Part shown: piece by piece, positions 19,086-28,676 of the stretch
Numbering within the stretch: position 1 is the stretch's first letter
Layout: each line of letters starts with the position of its first letter
Source: Polyangia bacterium
GTDB taxonomy: Bacteria > Myxococcota_A > Polyangia > JAAYKL01
DNA: 64,000 nt
Assembly (NCBI GenBank): GCA_050287845.1
Contig: JBNKCR010000025.1
Location: 1 to 64,000 of the forward strand
Reading direction: 5' to 3'
Made by a program: the position numbers and the translations under genes
The notes under the pieces: model-generated
Database searches by the model: none
What the model was told of the DNA's origin: nothing
Seen by the model: the letters and a program-made list of their open reading frames with translations, nothing else

Positions 19086-19754
19086 TCACGATGTCTTCTT
19101 GATGAACAGGGCCACATTGTCGGCGCTGATTTGGAGTTCGGCGTTCAACTGATTCGCCAGATACTCGAATGGCTCAGTGGAAAAAAAGCACACATGCGTC
19201 TCATCATTTTTATAAAACCACTTTTCCACTTGTATTTCCGCGGGTAAAAACTGCGTCATGATTCCGAGGACACCCCCGGGATGGAGAAGCGCCCACAACC
19301 TGCGCAGCACGTCGGCCGGGTGATGCAGATGCTCCACCACTTCAGACAGAGTGATGAAATGGTACTGTCTGCATAGGGCCGCCTCGTCCGGAAAAAACGC
19401 CGGGTCATAGATGGACATGGGGTGGCCGGCCTCTTCAAACAGCAGATGCAGTGTCGGGCCGGGGCCGCAGCCAAAATCCAATCCGCTGCTCCCCCCGGAA
19501 AGTTGGGCATGCACCGGTTCGAACAGCTGCTTCAGAAAAGTGCGATATCCGTTATCGAGGGGAGAATTCTGATGATGCCGATAGTTCGCCCGTTCGTCAT
19601 CAAGGGACAGATACTGTCTGGGAGAAACAAACACCAACGCGCATTCCATACACTTGAAGAACGAACGCCGACTGTCTTTGCCCACCAGAACGGGCGCCCG
19701 GTTCCGGCAGAGGGGACAGTGTCTGACACCAGGAGATTCGCGGTGAAAGGTCAT
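19086..19754 (-). CDS. Class I SAM methyltransferase with N-terminal zinc ribbon
   Basis: CPLC...CMEC; GLDFGCGPGP; EVVEHL. Confidence 0.88.
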   Translation of the reverse strand: MTFHRESPGVRHCPLCRNRAPVLVGKDSRRSFFKCMECALVFVSPRQYLSLDDERANYRHHQNSPLDNGYRTFLKQLFEPVHAQLSGGSSGLDFGCGPGPTLHLLFEEAGHPMSIYDPAFFPDEAALCRQYHFITLSEVVEHLHHPADVLRRLWALLHPGGVLGIMTQFLPAEIQVEKWFYKNDETHVCFFSTEPFEYLANQLNAELQISADNVALFIKKTS

Positions 19755-19842
19755 AATGTTTGCTGAGTATCATGAACCCGCACCCCTGAGAAGGCAGGAG
19801 TGCCGCCACATCCGCAGAAGTAAAAGATTTAACGGTTCCGCG

Positions 19843-20682
19843 TCAACCACCCATCAGGGCAACCGCGACCGCAGGAAGCTGATTGGCCTGGGCCAGAACC
19901 GATGTACCCGCCTGGGTCAGAATCTGGTTTCTGGCCAAATCCGCCGTTTCCTGCGCCACGTCCACATCCGCGATTCGACTGTTGGCAGCCGCAATATTTT
20001 CCCGCTCCACCGCCAGATTGTTCATGGTGCTGACGAGGGTATTCTGTTTGGCGCCCAACTCACTGCGAACCGAAGAAATCTGATTCATGGCGTTGTCGAG
20101 CACATTGAGTGCATCCAGCGCCCCTTCGGCAGTGTCCATGGACAGTTTGTCCATGGTGGTGGTACCATCACCGAGGGTGCTGGAATTCAATGCGCCGATC
20201 TGAATGCTGACCTTCTGGTTGTCGCCGCTGCGGGTACCGGCCTGTATGCTGACATCAGCGGTGCCATCCAGCAATTTCTGGCCGTTGAACTCAGTGATCG
20301 CAGCAGTTCTGTCAATTTCTTCGCGCAGGGCGCTGAATTCCTTCATAATCATGGAGCGATCATCGGCGGACAGGGTACCATTGGCCGCCTGAACCGCCAG
20401 CTCCCGCATTCGGGCAATGTTGTCCGTCATCTCGCCGGTCGCTCCTTCGGCGGTCTGAATCATCGAAACCCCGTCCATTGTGTTCCGTTGTGCCTGATTC
20501 AGACTTCGCAGCTGCGCCATCAGTTTTTCGGAAATGGCCAGCTCCGCCGTGCCATCCTTCGCGGAGACCAGCTTCTTTCCAGATGCCAGCTTCGACAGAT
20601 TGTTCGCCAGTAGACTGTTTGATTTGTTCAGATTTTCCTGCGCGTTGAGTGCAGGAATGTTTGTGTTGATTCTGATCGCCAT
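19843..20682 (-). CDS. fliC: Flagellin (short, D0-D1 only)
   Basis: MAIRINTNIPAL, SMIQTAEGA, RMRELAVQAANGT, SRIADVDVA, QILTQAGTSVLAQANQ. Confidence 0.93.
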   Translation of the reverse strand: MAIRINTNIPALNAQENLNKSNSLLANNLSKLASGKKLVSAKDGTAELAISEKLMAQLRSLNQAQRNTMDGVSMIQTAEGATGEMTDNIARMRELAVQAANGTLSADDRSMIMKEFSALREEIDRTAAITEFNGQKLLDGTADVSIQAGTRSGDNQKVSIQIGALNSSTLGDGTTTMDKLSMDTAEGALDALNVLDNAMNQISSVRSELGAKQNTLVSTMNNLAVERENIAAANSRIADVDVAQETADLARNQILTQAGTSVLAQANQLPAVAVALMGG

Positions 20683-20728
20683 GGCATTACCTAACCTTCC
20701 GTAGTTAAAAATCGCCGTTACAAAACAA

Positions 20729-20745
20729 AGCAAATTCCGTGCCCT
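20729..20745 (-). promoter_or_regulatory. Sigma54 (-24/-12) promoter of flagellin
   Basis: Minus strand AGGGCACGGAATTTGCT fits GGCAC-N5-TTGC, about 47 bp upstream of the ATG. Confidence 0.75.
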
Positions 20746-20940
20746 GGAATATCGAATGAATCCAATTCATCCAATAACCTATAATAACAGCTGAATTCCA
20801 CACTTTCCATACCTTTGAGCATTTTAATCAGCGGGTAAATTTTCACCCATTATTCATTTTCTGGCCTATTTCTGACCCGGTCATCACTGTGGAACTCGCC
20901 CCGATATTTTTCATTTACTTAACCGGCAAGTGTTTGTACC

Positions 20941-21255
20941 GTGTGTTCCGTTATGGGGTTCATTGCAACTCAAAGTATTTCCGCGGCAGAGCTGTGGATA
21001 CAGTTGGTGGCCACGCTGGCGATTCTCGGCGTGGTGGCGGCTGTGTCCTGGCTGACAGTTCGATATTTCAGACCACGGAGCGCCGGCAATGACATCGCCG
21101 GCAGAATGGCCGTGGTGTCCAGACTTTCGCTGGCATCCGGCAAAAATCTGTATCTCGTGCGCATTGATAATCGGGAACTGATTCTCGGAATATCCGAAAA
21201 CAACATGATATTGCTCGGGGAAGTGCAAAAGGGGGAGGAGCGCACCGATGGTTGA
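20941..21255 (+). CDS. fliO: FliO-like protein
   Basis: Single TM helix then VVSRLSLASGKNLYLVRIDNRELILGISEN; overlaps the fliP-like gene. Confidence 0.75.
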   Translation: MCSVMGFIATQSISAAELWIQLVATLAILGVVAAVSWLTVRYFRPRSAGNDIAGRMAVVSRLSLASGKNLYLVRIDNRELILGISENNMILLGEVQKGEERTDG

Positions 21256-21925
21256 ACAGAGCTGGCTGGCCCACATCGGTATTCTGGCTTTTCTCGCTAT
21301 TGTGCCATTCCTGGTGGTGGCATGCACATCATTTGCAAAGGTGACCATTGTCCTTGGCATCGTCCGGAATTCTCTCGGGGGGCAGGGCGTGATTCCGGTG
21401 ACGGTGATCAGTGCGCTCTCCGCAGTGATCACTCTGTTTATCATGGGACCGGTGGTGGATGACATGCTCGACACCAGCCTGCCCCAGACCCAGTCCGGTA
21501 CAGAATCCGGGGAGGACGCCTCCGGGAACAAAGCGGACACCGGGCGGATTTTTGACAATGCGATGGCCATCTATAATGCGATGTCGCCCCCTCTGATTCA
21601 ATTTCTGAGGCAGAATACGCCTGAAGAGGAACTCACGTTCTTTGCCAATCTGGACCGGGGGAAAAATGCGGATGTGTCGTCGGTGCGGGTGCTGACCATG
21701 GCATTCGCTTCCAGTGAGCTGCTCGAAGCGCTGGCGCTGGGGGTTCTGGTGCTGATTCCCTTTCTGGTGCTGGACCTCATTGTTGCCAACACGCTTTCCG
21801 CACTGGGACTGGTCAGCTTCTCCCCGGCAGCAGTTGCACTGCCATTGAAACTGTTGCTGTTTATCGCTGCAGACGGATGGCATCTTCTGGTAAATGCGTT
21901 AATCATTTCCTACGGAATTCCATAA
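21248..21925 (+). CDS. fliP: FliP/SctR-family export-gate protein, divergent
   Basis: TSFAKVTIVLGIVRNSLG, AFASSEL, IPFLVLDLIVANTL, LPLKLLLF...DGW. Confidence 0.8.
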   Translation: MVEQSWLAHIGILAFLAIVPFLVVACTSFAKVTIVLGIVRNSLGGQGVIPVTVISALSAVITLFIMGPVVDDMLDTSLPQTQSGTESGEDASGNKADTGRIFDNAMAIYNAMSPPLIQFLRQNTPEEELTFFANLDRGKNADVSSVRVLTMAFASSELLEALALGVLVLIPFLVLDLIVANTLSALGLVSFSPAAVALPLKLLLFIAADGWHLLVNALIISYGIP

Positions 21926-22043
21926 ACTTGACTTTCGTGGAGTCTGAATACCAAATAATACGGAAAGATGGCAGAGCTCAGAAGTTCGGCAGAAAAAATT
22001 CGTGATCGATATCGAACTGGATAATTGTTTGGAGGCGGCCAAT

Positions 22044-24506
22044 ATGGGCGAAAAAGATAACAGAACCATACTTCTTGATGATGAAGGAAATCCGGTGACC
22101 TTGCCGGAGATGGAACACGACAGCGACTCCCAGGAAATTCAACCAGACCGGCACCGACCATCGACGCTGATTGTGGTGCCATTGAACGAGAATGTCCTTT
22201 TCCCCGGGATGACCATCCCAATGGTGCTCGAATCGTCGAGTTCCCAGAATGCGGTGGAATTCGCCATGACACAGGGACCGTATATTGCGTTGGTCCCGAG
22301 GATAGATCCCCTGCCCAACGAAGTGGAAGAAATTCCCACGCCGGAGCCCAGAGATGTGGCCACCTTCGGGGTCATCGGCCGGGCGCTGAAAATGTTGAAC
22401 CTTCCGGATGGCAACCGTTCCGTGGTGGTGGAGTGCATGGCGCGAGTGAAGATTACAAGGTACATCCGGACCAAACCGTTTCTGATTGCCCGGGTGGAGT
22501 ACCCCACGGATACCTATCGGGACACCAAGGCCAACAGGGCGCTCTGGCGCGCCGCCCGCATGAGCTTGCAGGAACTGTTCAAGGAAATCCCCGGTCTGCC
22601 CGAAGGATTCAATGTGGCAGCGGCGAATCTGGATGGACCGGCGCAATTGACCGATTTTGTGGCGGCCCATATCGATTTGCCCCGGGAAGAGCGATTTGGT
22701 CTGCTGACGGAGCTTCGGGTGGAAAAACGTCTGGCAATAGTGGCGGAGGCGCTGACCCGTGAACTGGAGCTGGCACGGCTGGCGGGTCGGATTCGGGATG
22801 AGATTCGCGAAAAGGTTGAAAAGACCCAACGGGAATACTACCTGCGTGAGCAGCTCAAAGCCATTCGTCGGGAGCTGGGAGAGGAAGTGGACCAGAAAGA
22901 CCTTCTTACCCGGGATCTGGAAGAAAAAATTGAACAGGAAGGATTCCCCGAAGAAGCAGCCAAGCGGGCGCGCAAGGAACTGAAACGTCTGGAGGTGCTG
23001 AACCCGGAGTCGCCGGAATATAACGTCATTCACACCTATCTGGACTGGATCATTTCTCTCCCCTGGGCTTCGGAAACCGTGGATTCCGACAATCTCAATG
23101 ACGCCAGAAAAATTCTGGACGAGGACCATTACGGCCTCAAGGAGGTCAAGGAACGGATAATTGAGTTCCTGGCTGTCAAGAAGCTGAAACCCGAACGAAA
23201 AGGGGCGCTGCTGTGTTTTGCCGGTCCGCCCGGTGTGGGGAAAACCAGTCTGGGCCAGTCTATTGCCCGATGCCTTGGCCGAAAATTTTATCGATTCAGC
23301 CTGGGGGGAATGCGGGATGAAGCGGAAATCAAGGGACACCGCCGAACCTATATCGGTGCGATGCCCGGAAAAATTCTGCAGGGACTCAAGTCCGTTGAGG
23401 TGCGCAATCCCATTTTCATGCTCGATGAAATCGACAAGCTGGGGAGCAACAGTATCAGCGGCGATCCGTCCAGTGCCATGCTGGAAGTGCTCGACCCGGC
23501 GCAGAATGCCGGGTTTCTGGATCACTATCTCGACATTCCCTTTGATTTATCCAAAGTGATGTTTATCTGCACCGCCAATGTCAAGACCAACATTCCCGGT
23601 CCGCTCCTCGATCGGATGGAGGTAATTGATATTCCCGGGTATATTGTAGACGAAAAAGTTGCCATTGCGGAGCGACATCTGGTGCCCAGGCAAATCGACG
23701 CCAACGGATTGAAGCCGTCGCAGATCAATTTTGGTCGCACCGTACTGCATGCCATTATCGAAGGTTGGACGGCAGAGGCAGGGGTCCGGAATCTGGAGCG
23801 CGCGGTGGGCCGGGTATGCCGGAAGGTGGCTGCGAAGGTGGCTTCCAACGAAGTGAAAAGAAAGGTGACAGTCTCGAAAAAGTCACTGCCGGATTACCTT
23901 GGTGGACGACGGGTGAATAAGGAATCATTGCGAAGTCCCAAGGTGGGAACGGCGGTGGGACTGGCCTGGACGCCGGTGGGGGGCGATATTCTGCGGATAG
24001 AAACCACCCGGATGCCGGGCAAGGGACGTTTCAGGGTCACCGGTCACCTGGGCGAAGTTATGCGTGAGTCGGTGGATATCGCCGTCTCTTATATCCGTGC
24101 GCATCACACGGATTTGGATGTGGCGCCCAGAATTTTTGAAACCGAAGACCTGCATGTTCATTTTCCGGCGGGTGCGGTTCCCAAGGATGGTCCTTCCGCG
24201 GGCGTGACCATTACCAGTGCGCTGGTATCACTTCTGGCGGGAAAAAAAGGCGTAAAACCAAGGGGACGGATTGCCATGACCGGCGAGATGACCCTCTCAG
24301 GTGACGTATTGCCGGTGGGGGGGATTCGAGAGAAGGTACTGGCCGCGCAGGCTGCCGGTGTCCAGACTGTGATTGTGCCCCATGACAACCGGAAAGATGT
24401 GGCCGAAATACCTCCCCACACCATCAAGGGGCTGCAGTTCGTCTATGCGAAAACCTACCATGATGTGTTGAATGTGGCGTTGAACATGCAGTCCGGTGCC
24501 AAATAA
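22044..24506 (+). CDS. lon: Lon protease
   Basis: SD GGAGG; QREYYLREQLKAI, GPPGVGKTS, PKDGPSAG, GGIREK. Confidence 0.96.
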   Translation: MGEKDNRTILLDDEGNPVTLPEMEHDSDSQEIQPDRHRPSTLIVVPLNENVLFPGMTIPMVLESSSSQNAVEFAMTQGPYIALVPRIDPLPNEVEEIPTPEPRDVATFGVIGRALKMLNLPDGNRSVVVECMARVKITRYIRTKPFLIARVEYPTDTYRDTKANRALWRAARMSLQELFKEIPGLPEGFNVAAANLDGPAQLTDFVAAHIDLPREERFGLLTELRVEKRLAIVAEALTRELELARLAGRIRDEIREKVEKTQREYYLREQLKAIRRELGEEVDQKDLLTRDLEEKIEQEGFPEEAAKRARKELKRLEVLNPESPEYNVIHTYLDWIISLPWASETVDSDNLNDARKILDEDHYGLKEVKERIIEFLAVKKLKPERKGALLCFAGPPGVGKTSLGQSIARCLGRKFYRFSLGGMRDEAEIKGHRRTYIGAMPGKILQGLKSVEVRNPIFMLDEIDKLGSNSISGDPSSAMLEVLDPAQNAGFLDHYLDIPFDLSKVMFICTANVKTNIPGPLLDRMEVIDIPGYIVDEKVAIAERHLVPRQIDANGLKPSQINFGRTVLHAIIEGWTAEAGVRNLERAVGRVCRKVAAKVASNEVKRKVTVSKKSLPDYLGGRRVNKESLRSPKVGTAVGLAWTPVGGDILRIETTRMPGKGRFRVTGHLGEVMRESVDIAVSYIRAHHTDLDVAPRIFETEDLHVHFPAGAVPKDGPSAGVTITSALVSLLAGKKGVKPRGRIAMTGEMTLSGDVLPVGGIREKVLAAQAAGVQTVIVPHDNRKDVAEIPPHTIKGLQFVYAKTYHDVLNVALNMQSGAK

Positions 24507-24532
24507 CACTGAATCCCCCAGACGCCGGGGCG

Positions 24533-24805
24533 TCAGCAATCGCAGCCGCTGCCCGGTGACAGCACACTGCCAATGATGGCGGCGGCACACCCGACACCGG
24601 CATTCACGGTGATGGCATTGAACCGACAATTGCGCTGACAGGCGCCACATTCCATACAGTCATCGGGGGAAGCAATCTCCACGATGCGTGTTTCTTTTTT
24701 GAACACCCCGTGGGGGCAGACCTGAAGACATTCCTCACAACCGGTGCACTTTTCCCGGTCGAGTTTCAGGGTCGATACATTTGGCAGGTATTGCAGATGG
24801 GTCAT
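24533..24805 (-). CDS. hgcB: Mercury methylation ferredoxin HgcB
   Basis: Two CxxCxxCxxxC motifs including CMECGAC, GVGCAAAII, C-terminal Cys; directly downstream of hgcA. Confidence 0.93.
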   Translation of the reverse strand: MTHLQYLPNVSTLKLDREKCTGCEECLQVCPHGVFKKETRIVEIASPDDCMECGACQRNCRFNAITVNAGVGCAAAIIGSVLSPGSGCDC

Positions 24806-24817
24806 GGTGTGTTTTCC

Positions 24818-26098
24818 CTAACGTATGATGATGGAAGCAATCCACAGACATATACCGGATGATGCCGCTGCAATCTGTACCGGTATGGCGTATTTCATTT
24901 CTTTTTTTACCCCCGACACCGATGTATACGTGGAGGCGCCGGTGAAGTTCATTGCCGCGTAGGCGGCGAGTGCCGCGGCGATCAGCACCAGAGAGAGCAG
25001 CTCAATGAATTCCACCTGGTCCCGAAGCGCAACCGAAAGCAATCCCAGACTGGCAACGGACGGCAGGATGCTTTTGGCAGAAAATGCGCGTCCCGGCAGA
25101 AATGGCAGAAGCAGCGGCGTTGCAACTGCCCCCGCAACCACCCCGGTCACTGCAAAGAGAGAAAAAAGAACAAAGTAATGCACAACCCCGGAAAGATACG
25201 CCGCCGGCCATCCAATGGCGGCCAGGGGCGCCAGCACCAGCAGGGCGAGAAAAACCACTTTAAGGGCTGGGCGCAATTCAATGGGCAACAGCGCCAGCCG
25301 TTCGAAGAAGGGGAACTCCTTTGTGCGCATTCCGGGGGTGGCCACACCGTCCCGGGCCAGAAATTCTTTCAGGTGTCGCGCTTCCACCGGTCCCCACACC
25401 ACCGAAAACCCGGTCTGTTTTTTCACTTCATACCCGGCAACTCCCGGTGCACCAAGCTGGGGCAGTATGATACGGCGGGTGGTCACTTTCTGTGCGAGGT
25501 TGGATTTTCGGATTTGACGGATTACTTCCGCCGTGCCAAAAGTTCCCTTTCCAGCGGCGCACCATACATTGATGCCCCGGGTATCGAGCACCAGAATCCA
25601 CAGATGGCATCCATCCAGGTGGCTGCGCAGGTAATCGAAAGACAACTTGTAATTCGCTGTGACCAGCACGGAACTGTCCGCATCGGGAGACCCCAGAGCG
25701 TAAAGTCCCGGGGCGATGGCATAATTCATTCGAAACTTTCCAAGACGTGCCCGGAACGCGCCGTAGCGGTCGGTCCGAAAAAGAGTTGATGTCACATGGG
25801 GGATGCCGTCGCGGATGTCGGTGGTCACCTTCCGGTAGGTCAATTGGGGCATGACACGGGGGCCGCAACACGGAACGCCGGGTGCGGTGGTAGCCGATGC
25901 GCCAGCGTCTGAATTCACCGAAACGGAAGATGAACAACATGCACCATCTGCAGAAGAGGCAGCGTCCTTCGTCGCCGGAGGACAGCAGGGGGTGCGAGGT
26001 TGCAATATGTGTTCAACCAGGGGTTGCAGTGCATTGACCTTTTCAACCTGCGCATTGGACAATTCGATATTCAAATGCTTATTTTTTTTCGGATTCAT
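24818..26098 (-). CDS. hgcA: Mercury methylation corrinoid protein HgcA
   Basis: Cap-helix motif NVWCAAGK (25547-25570), TANYKLSFD, LPQLGAPGV, C-terminal TM helices, MNFTGASTYTS.SGVKKEM. Confidence 0.96.
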   Translation of the reverse strand: MNPKKNKHLNIELSNAQVEKVNALQPLVEHILQPRTPCCPPATKDAASSADGACCSSSVSVNSDAGASATTAPGVPCCGPRVMPQLTYRKVTTDIRDGIPHVTSTLFRTDRYGAFRARLGKFRMNYAIAPGLYALGSPDADSSVLVTANYKLSFDYLRSHLDGCHLWILVLDTRGINVWCAAGKGTFGTAEVIRQIRKSNLAQKVTTRRIILPQLGAPGVAGYEVKKQTGFSVVWGPVEARHLKEFLARDGVATPGMRTKEFPFFERLALLPIELRPALKVVFLALLVLAPLAAIGWPAAYLSGVVHYFVLFSLFAVTGVVAGAVATPLLLPFLPGRAFSAKSILPSVASLGLLSVALRDQVEFIELLSLVLIAAALAAYAAMNFTGASTYTSVSGVKKEMKYAIPVQIAAASSGICLWIASIIIR

Positions 26099-26499
26099 TG
26101 GGCGCCTTCTTTTTCAGTTGCACAGGCATCGTTGCCGCCGCAGCAGTTTTCAAGCGCTGCCGCCATACGCTTCAACACGTCTGCCAGATTGGTTGCATTC
26201 ACCATGTACAACATCTCTTTGCCGTTTTTTCGGGCGTTCAGCACCTGTGCGTCACGCAGAATTTTCAGATGCCTCGACACAACTGAAAAGTTCAAGTCAA
26301 AAAGTTCTGCAATGCGGGAGACGGATTGTTCGCAACTGCAAATGGACAACGTGGCCAGAATGGCAATGCGATTGGGATCGGACAGTGCTTTAAAGAGGAC
26401 CGGATCAAACAGCGACGAAATTTCAGCGCAGCAAGCGCGTGGATTCGGTTTTTCGGAAATATTATTGATGACGGTCCCGGGTGTGAATTTTGTTTGCAT
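26095..26499 (-). CDS. arsR: ArsR/SmtB-family repressor (start 26499 or 26517)
   Basis: FKALSDPNRIAIL, SVVSRHLKILRDA; CC pairs at both termini; stop overlaps the hgcA start. Confidence 0.88.
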   Translation of the reverse strand: MQTKFTPGTVINNISEKPNPRACCAEISSLFDPVLFKALSDPNRIAILATLSICSCEQSVSRIAELFDLNFSVVSRHLKILRDAQVLNARKNGKEMLYMVNATNLADVLKRMAAALENCCGGNDACATEKEGAQ

Positions 26500-26536
26500 G
26501 ATTGTGCAAATATGCAATCTTTTTCGTCCATGTCAA
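26493..26536 (-). promoter_or_regulatory. arsR-hgcAB promoter with inverted-repeat operator
   Basis: Minus strand TTGACA-16 nt-CATATT overlapping TTTGCA-caatca-TGCAAA (26493-26510). Confidence 0.65.
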
Positions 26537-26631
26537 CTGTTCAGGTGCAAATGGTCTGTTGTTCAACCGGAATCTTGCGTCGGCAGCTGAATTGATGGCA
26601 CTATACCCCGGATAATTCCCTTTAAGGAGAA

Positions 26632-27714
26632 ATGATAATGAAGCAGGAAAAGTTCAATAAATATCTGCTTGGCGCGGTAAAGGCCGGCGCATCTGATCTG
26701 CATTTCAAACCGGGACGGGCTGCCGCGTTCCGGGTGAAAGGACAACTGCTTCCCACCACAGGAGATACTTTAACGGACCAGGATACGGTGGACATCTGCC
26801 GTTTTGTGATTCGCAATGAGGAAATTTCTGGTCAGCTCTCTTCGCTGATGGATTATGACACCTCGTATGTGTTGCCGGGGCACGCCCGTTTCCGGGTGAA
26901 TATTTACCGCCAGAAAGGCTGTCTGTCGCTGGTATTACGCGCCATCCCGGATGCTGTGCCCTCTTTTGAGGAACTGCTGCTGCCGCCCCAGGTGGAAGAT
27001 TTCGCGAAATACGAAAACGGGCTTGTACTGGTCACCGGCGCCACGGGGACCGGAAAATCGTCGACCCTTGCCGCGCTGATCGGGTATATCAACGAGCACA
27101 AATCCTGCCATATTATTACCATCGAAGATCCCATCGAATTTGTGCATCGCGACCGGCGCTCCTCGGTCTCGCAGCGGGAGGTCGGAGCGGATACCACCGA
27201 TTTCAACCGCGCCCTCCGCGCCGCATTGCGCCAGGATCCCGATGTGATTCTGGTTGGAGAGATGCGCGATCTGGAAACCATCGACATCGCACTGAAGGCG
27301 GCGGAGACCGGCCACATGGTATTTTCAACGGTGCATACCCCGGATGTATCCAAAACCATCGGCCGGCTCATCGGGGTATTTCCCCCGGAGGAACAGGCGA
27401 ATGTGCGAATCAGGCTTGCAGAAAACCTCAAAGGAATCATGAGTCAGCGTCTGGTTCCCCGCTCTGACGACAGCGGAATGATCGTGGCAACGGAAATTAT
27501 GAAAATGACGGGAATGGTGGAAGATGCCATTCGAAATCCGGCGCTGACTTCAACTATCAAGGACATTATGGAACGCTCAAGAGACCAGTACGGCATGATG
27601 TCATTTGACCAGGCCCTGACGGATTTGTACCGCGGTGAGCTCATTACCCTGAAAGTTGCAAAGCGATTCAGCAGCAATCCTTCCGACTTTGAACGCAATT
27701 TACATTTTGAATAA
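26632..27714 (+). CDS. pilT: Type IV pilus retraction ATPase PilT/PilU family
   Basis: ASDLH, GATGTGKSST, TIEDPIE, ALRQDPDVILVGEMRD, AAETGH. Confidence 0.88.
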   Translation: MIMKQEKFNKYLLGAVKAGASDLHFKPGRAAAFRVKGQLLPTTGDTLTDQDTVDICRFVIRNEEISGQLSSLMDYDTSYVLPGHARFRVNIYRQKGCLSLVLRAIPDAVPSFEELLLPPQVEDFAKYENGLVLVTGATGTGKSSTLAALIGYINEHKSCHIITIEDPIEFVHRDRRSSVSQREVGADTTDFNRALRAALRQDPDVILVGEMRDLETIDIALKAAETGHMVFSTVHTPDVSKTIGRLIGVFPPEEQANVRIRLAENLKGIMSQRLVPRSDDSGMIVATEIMKMTGMVEDAIRNPALTSTIKDIMERSRDQYGMMSFDQALTDLYRGELITLKVAKRFSSNPSDFERNLHFE

Positions 27715-28023
27715 ATTTCATTGTCATTTCTGTTGCATGGCCTCCAATGCGGCCCTGGAAACACTTTTTCGGGGAGATGGAGACTGGCAGCGGGGACCAA
27801 GGCTGTTTTTTTCAGAATTAACGCCAGATTGGAAATATTGCCCCCGGTTTGTGCATTCACATTTCGTTCAGATATACACACAATGTAGTAGATGAAATTA
27901 CAGTATATCTGAAAAAAATTCAGAAGAGGACAATATCCATCATTGACAGATAACTTACACAGAGGCATTTATCTGTGTTATTTTCTTTTTTCTGGATAAG
28001 TCTTAGTTTATTGGAGTATCACA

Positions 28024-28374
28024 ATGAAAAAATTTACGAATTATTTTGTGTTGATTGCGGCACTATCTGTCTCCGCACCGGGGTGCGACTATATGGAGGC
28101 GGATGACGAATGCATGCCCAATCCGGAGCGGATCATCGAATCCTGCAGGGACCTGGATGATGATCTGGATTTGTGTGACCCGGATGCAGAGACCTATGTA
28201 CCGGGTTGCCACATTGGATTCGAAAACTGTGATTCCAATGGTAAAAACTGCAGGGAATTCTGCGACGGGGACCCCGTTCCGTGTGATGTTCTCGATGAGA
28301 ATGAATGCTATGCCGCAGACAATTGCTCCTGGTACTACGACCCCAATAATGTTGACAGACAAGTTGAAAATTAG
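28024..28374 (+). CDS. Small acidic Cys-rich lipoprotein
   Basis: SD GGAG; signal peptide with APGC lipobox; 10 further Cys. Confidence 0.7.
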   Translation: MKKFTNYFVLIAALSVSAPGCDYMEADDECMPNPERIIESCRDLDDDLDLCDPDAETYVPGCHIGFENCDSNGKNCREFCDGDPVPCDVLDENECYAADNCSWYYDPNNVDRQVEN

Positions 28375-28676
28375 CCTTCTCACTCCCTTTCGTTTTTGAA
28401 CGGTGTGTTCCCGTGACCAAGCCAACCCAACGACAGAGCCATGGAATTTCAGCGTTTTCTTTCGCACGCCAACAGCGCTTCGTGAATAATGGAAAATTCG
28501 CCGGATTGTCCATGTGCCGGTGTGGCGTTGCACCGAAGCGATGCTAAATTCCTTGTGCGTCTCTTAAATGTTAACAGTTATGTCGATTTGGGGTACACTG
28601 GCCGGGTTTCACGTTCACAATATGACAATGTGACAAAAGGAAGTGCAATGTGGCTGATTCCAATGGAAAGGGTTGA

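Noticed and set aside
21978..23525. 515-aa minus-strand ORF and similar long antisense ORFs (e.g. 16104-17144, 29520-30755, 32330-33532, 32997-34346)
   Set aside because: Shadows of well-supported genes on the opposite strand with no recognisable motifs.
24818..26098. Acetyl-CoA synthase corrinoid Fe-S protein (AcsC/CdhE) instead of HgcA
   Set aside because: It has the Cys cap-helix motif, C-terminal TM helices and adjacent hgcB; no acs genes nearby.
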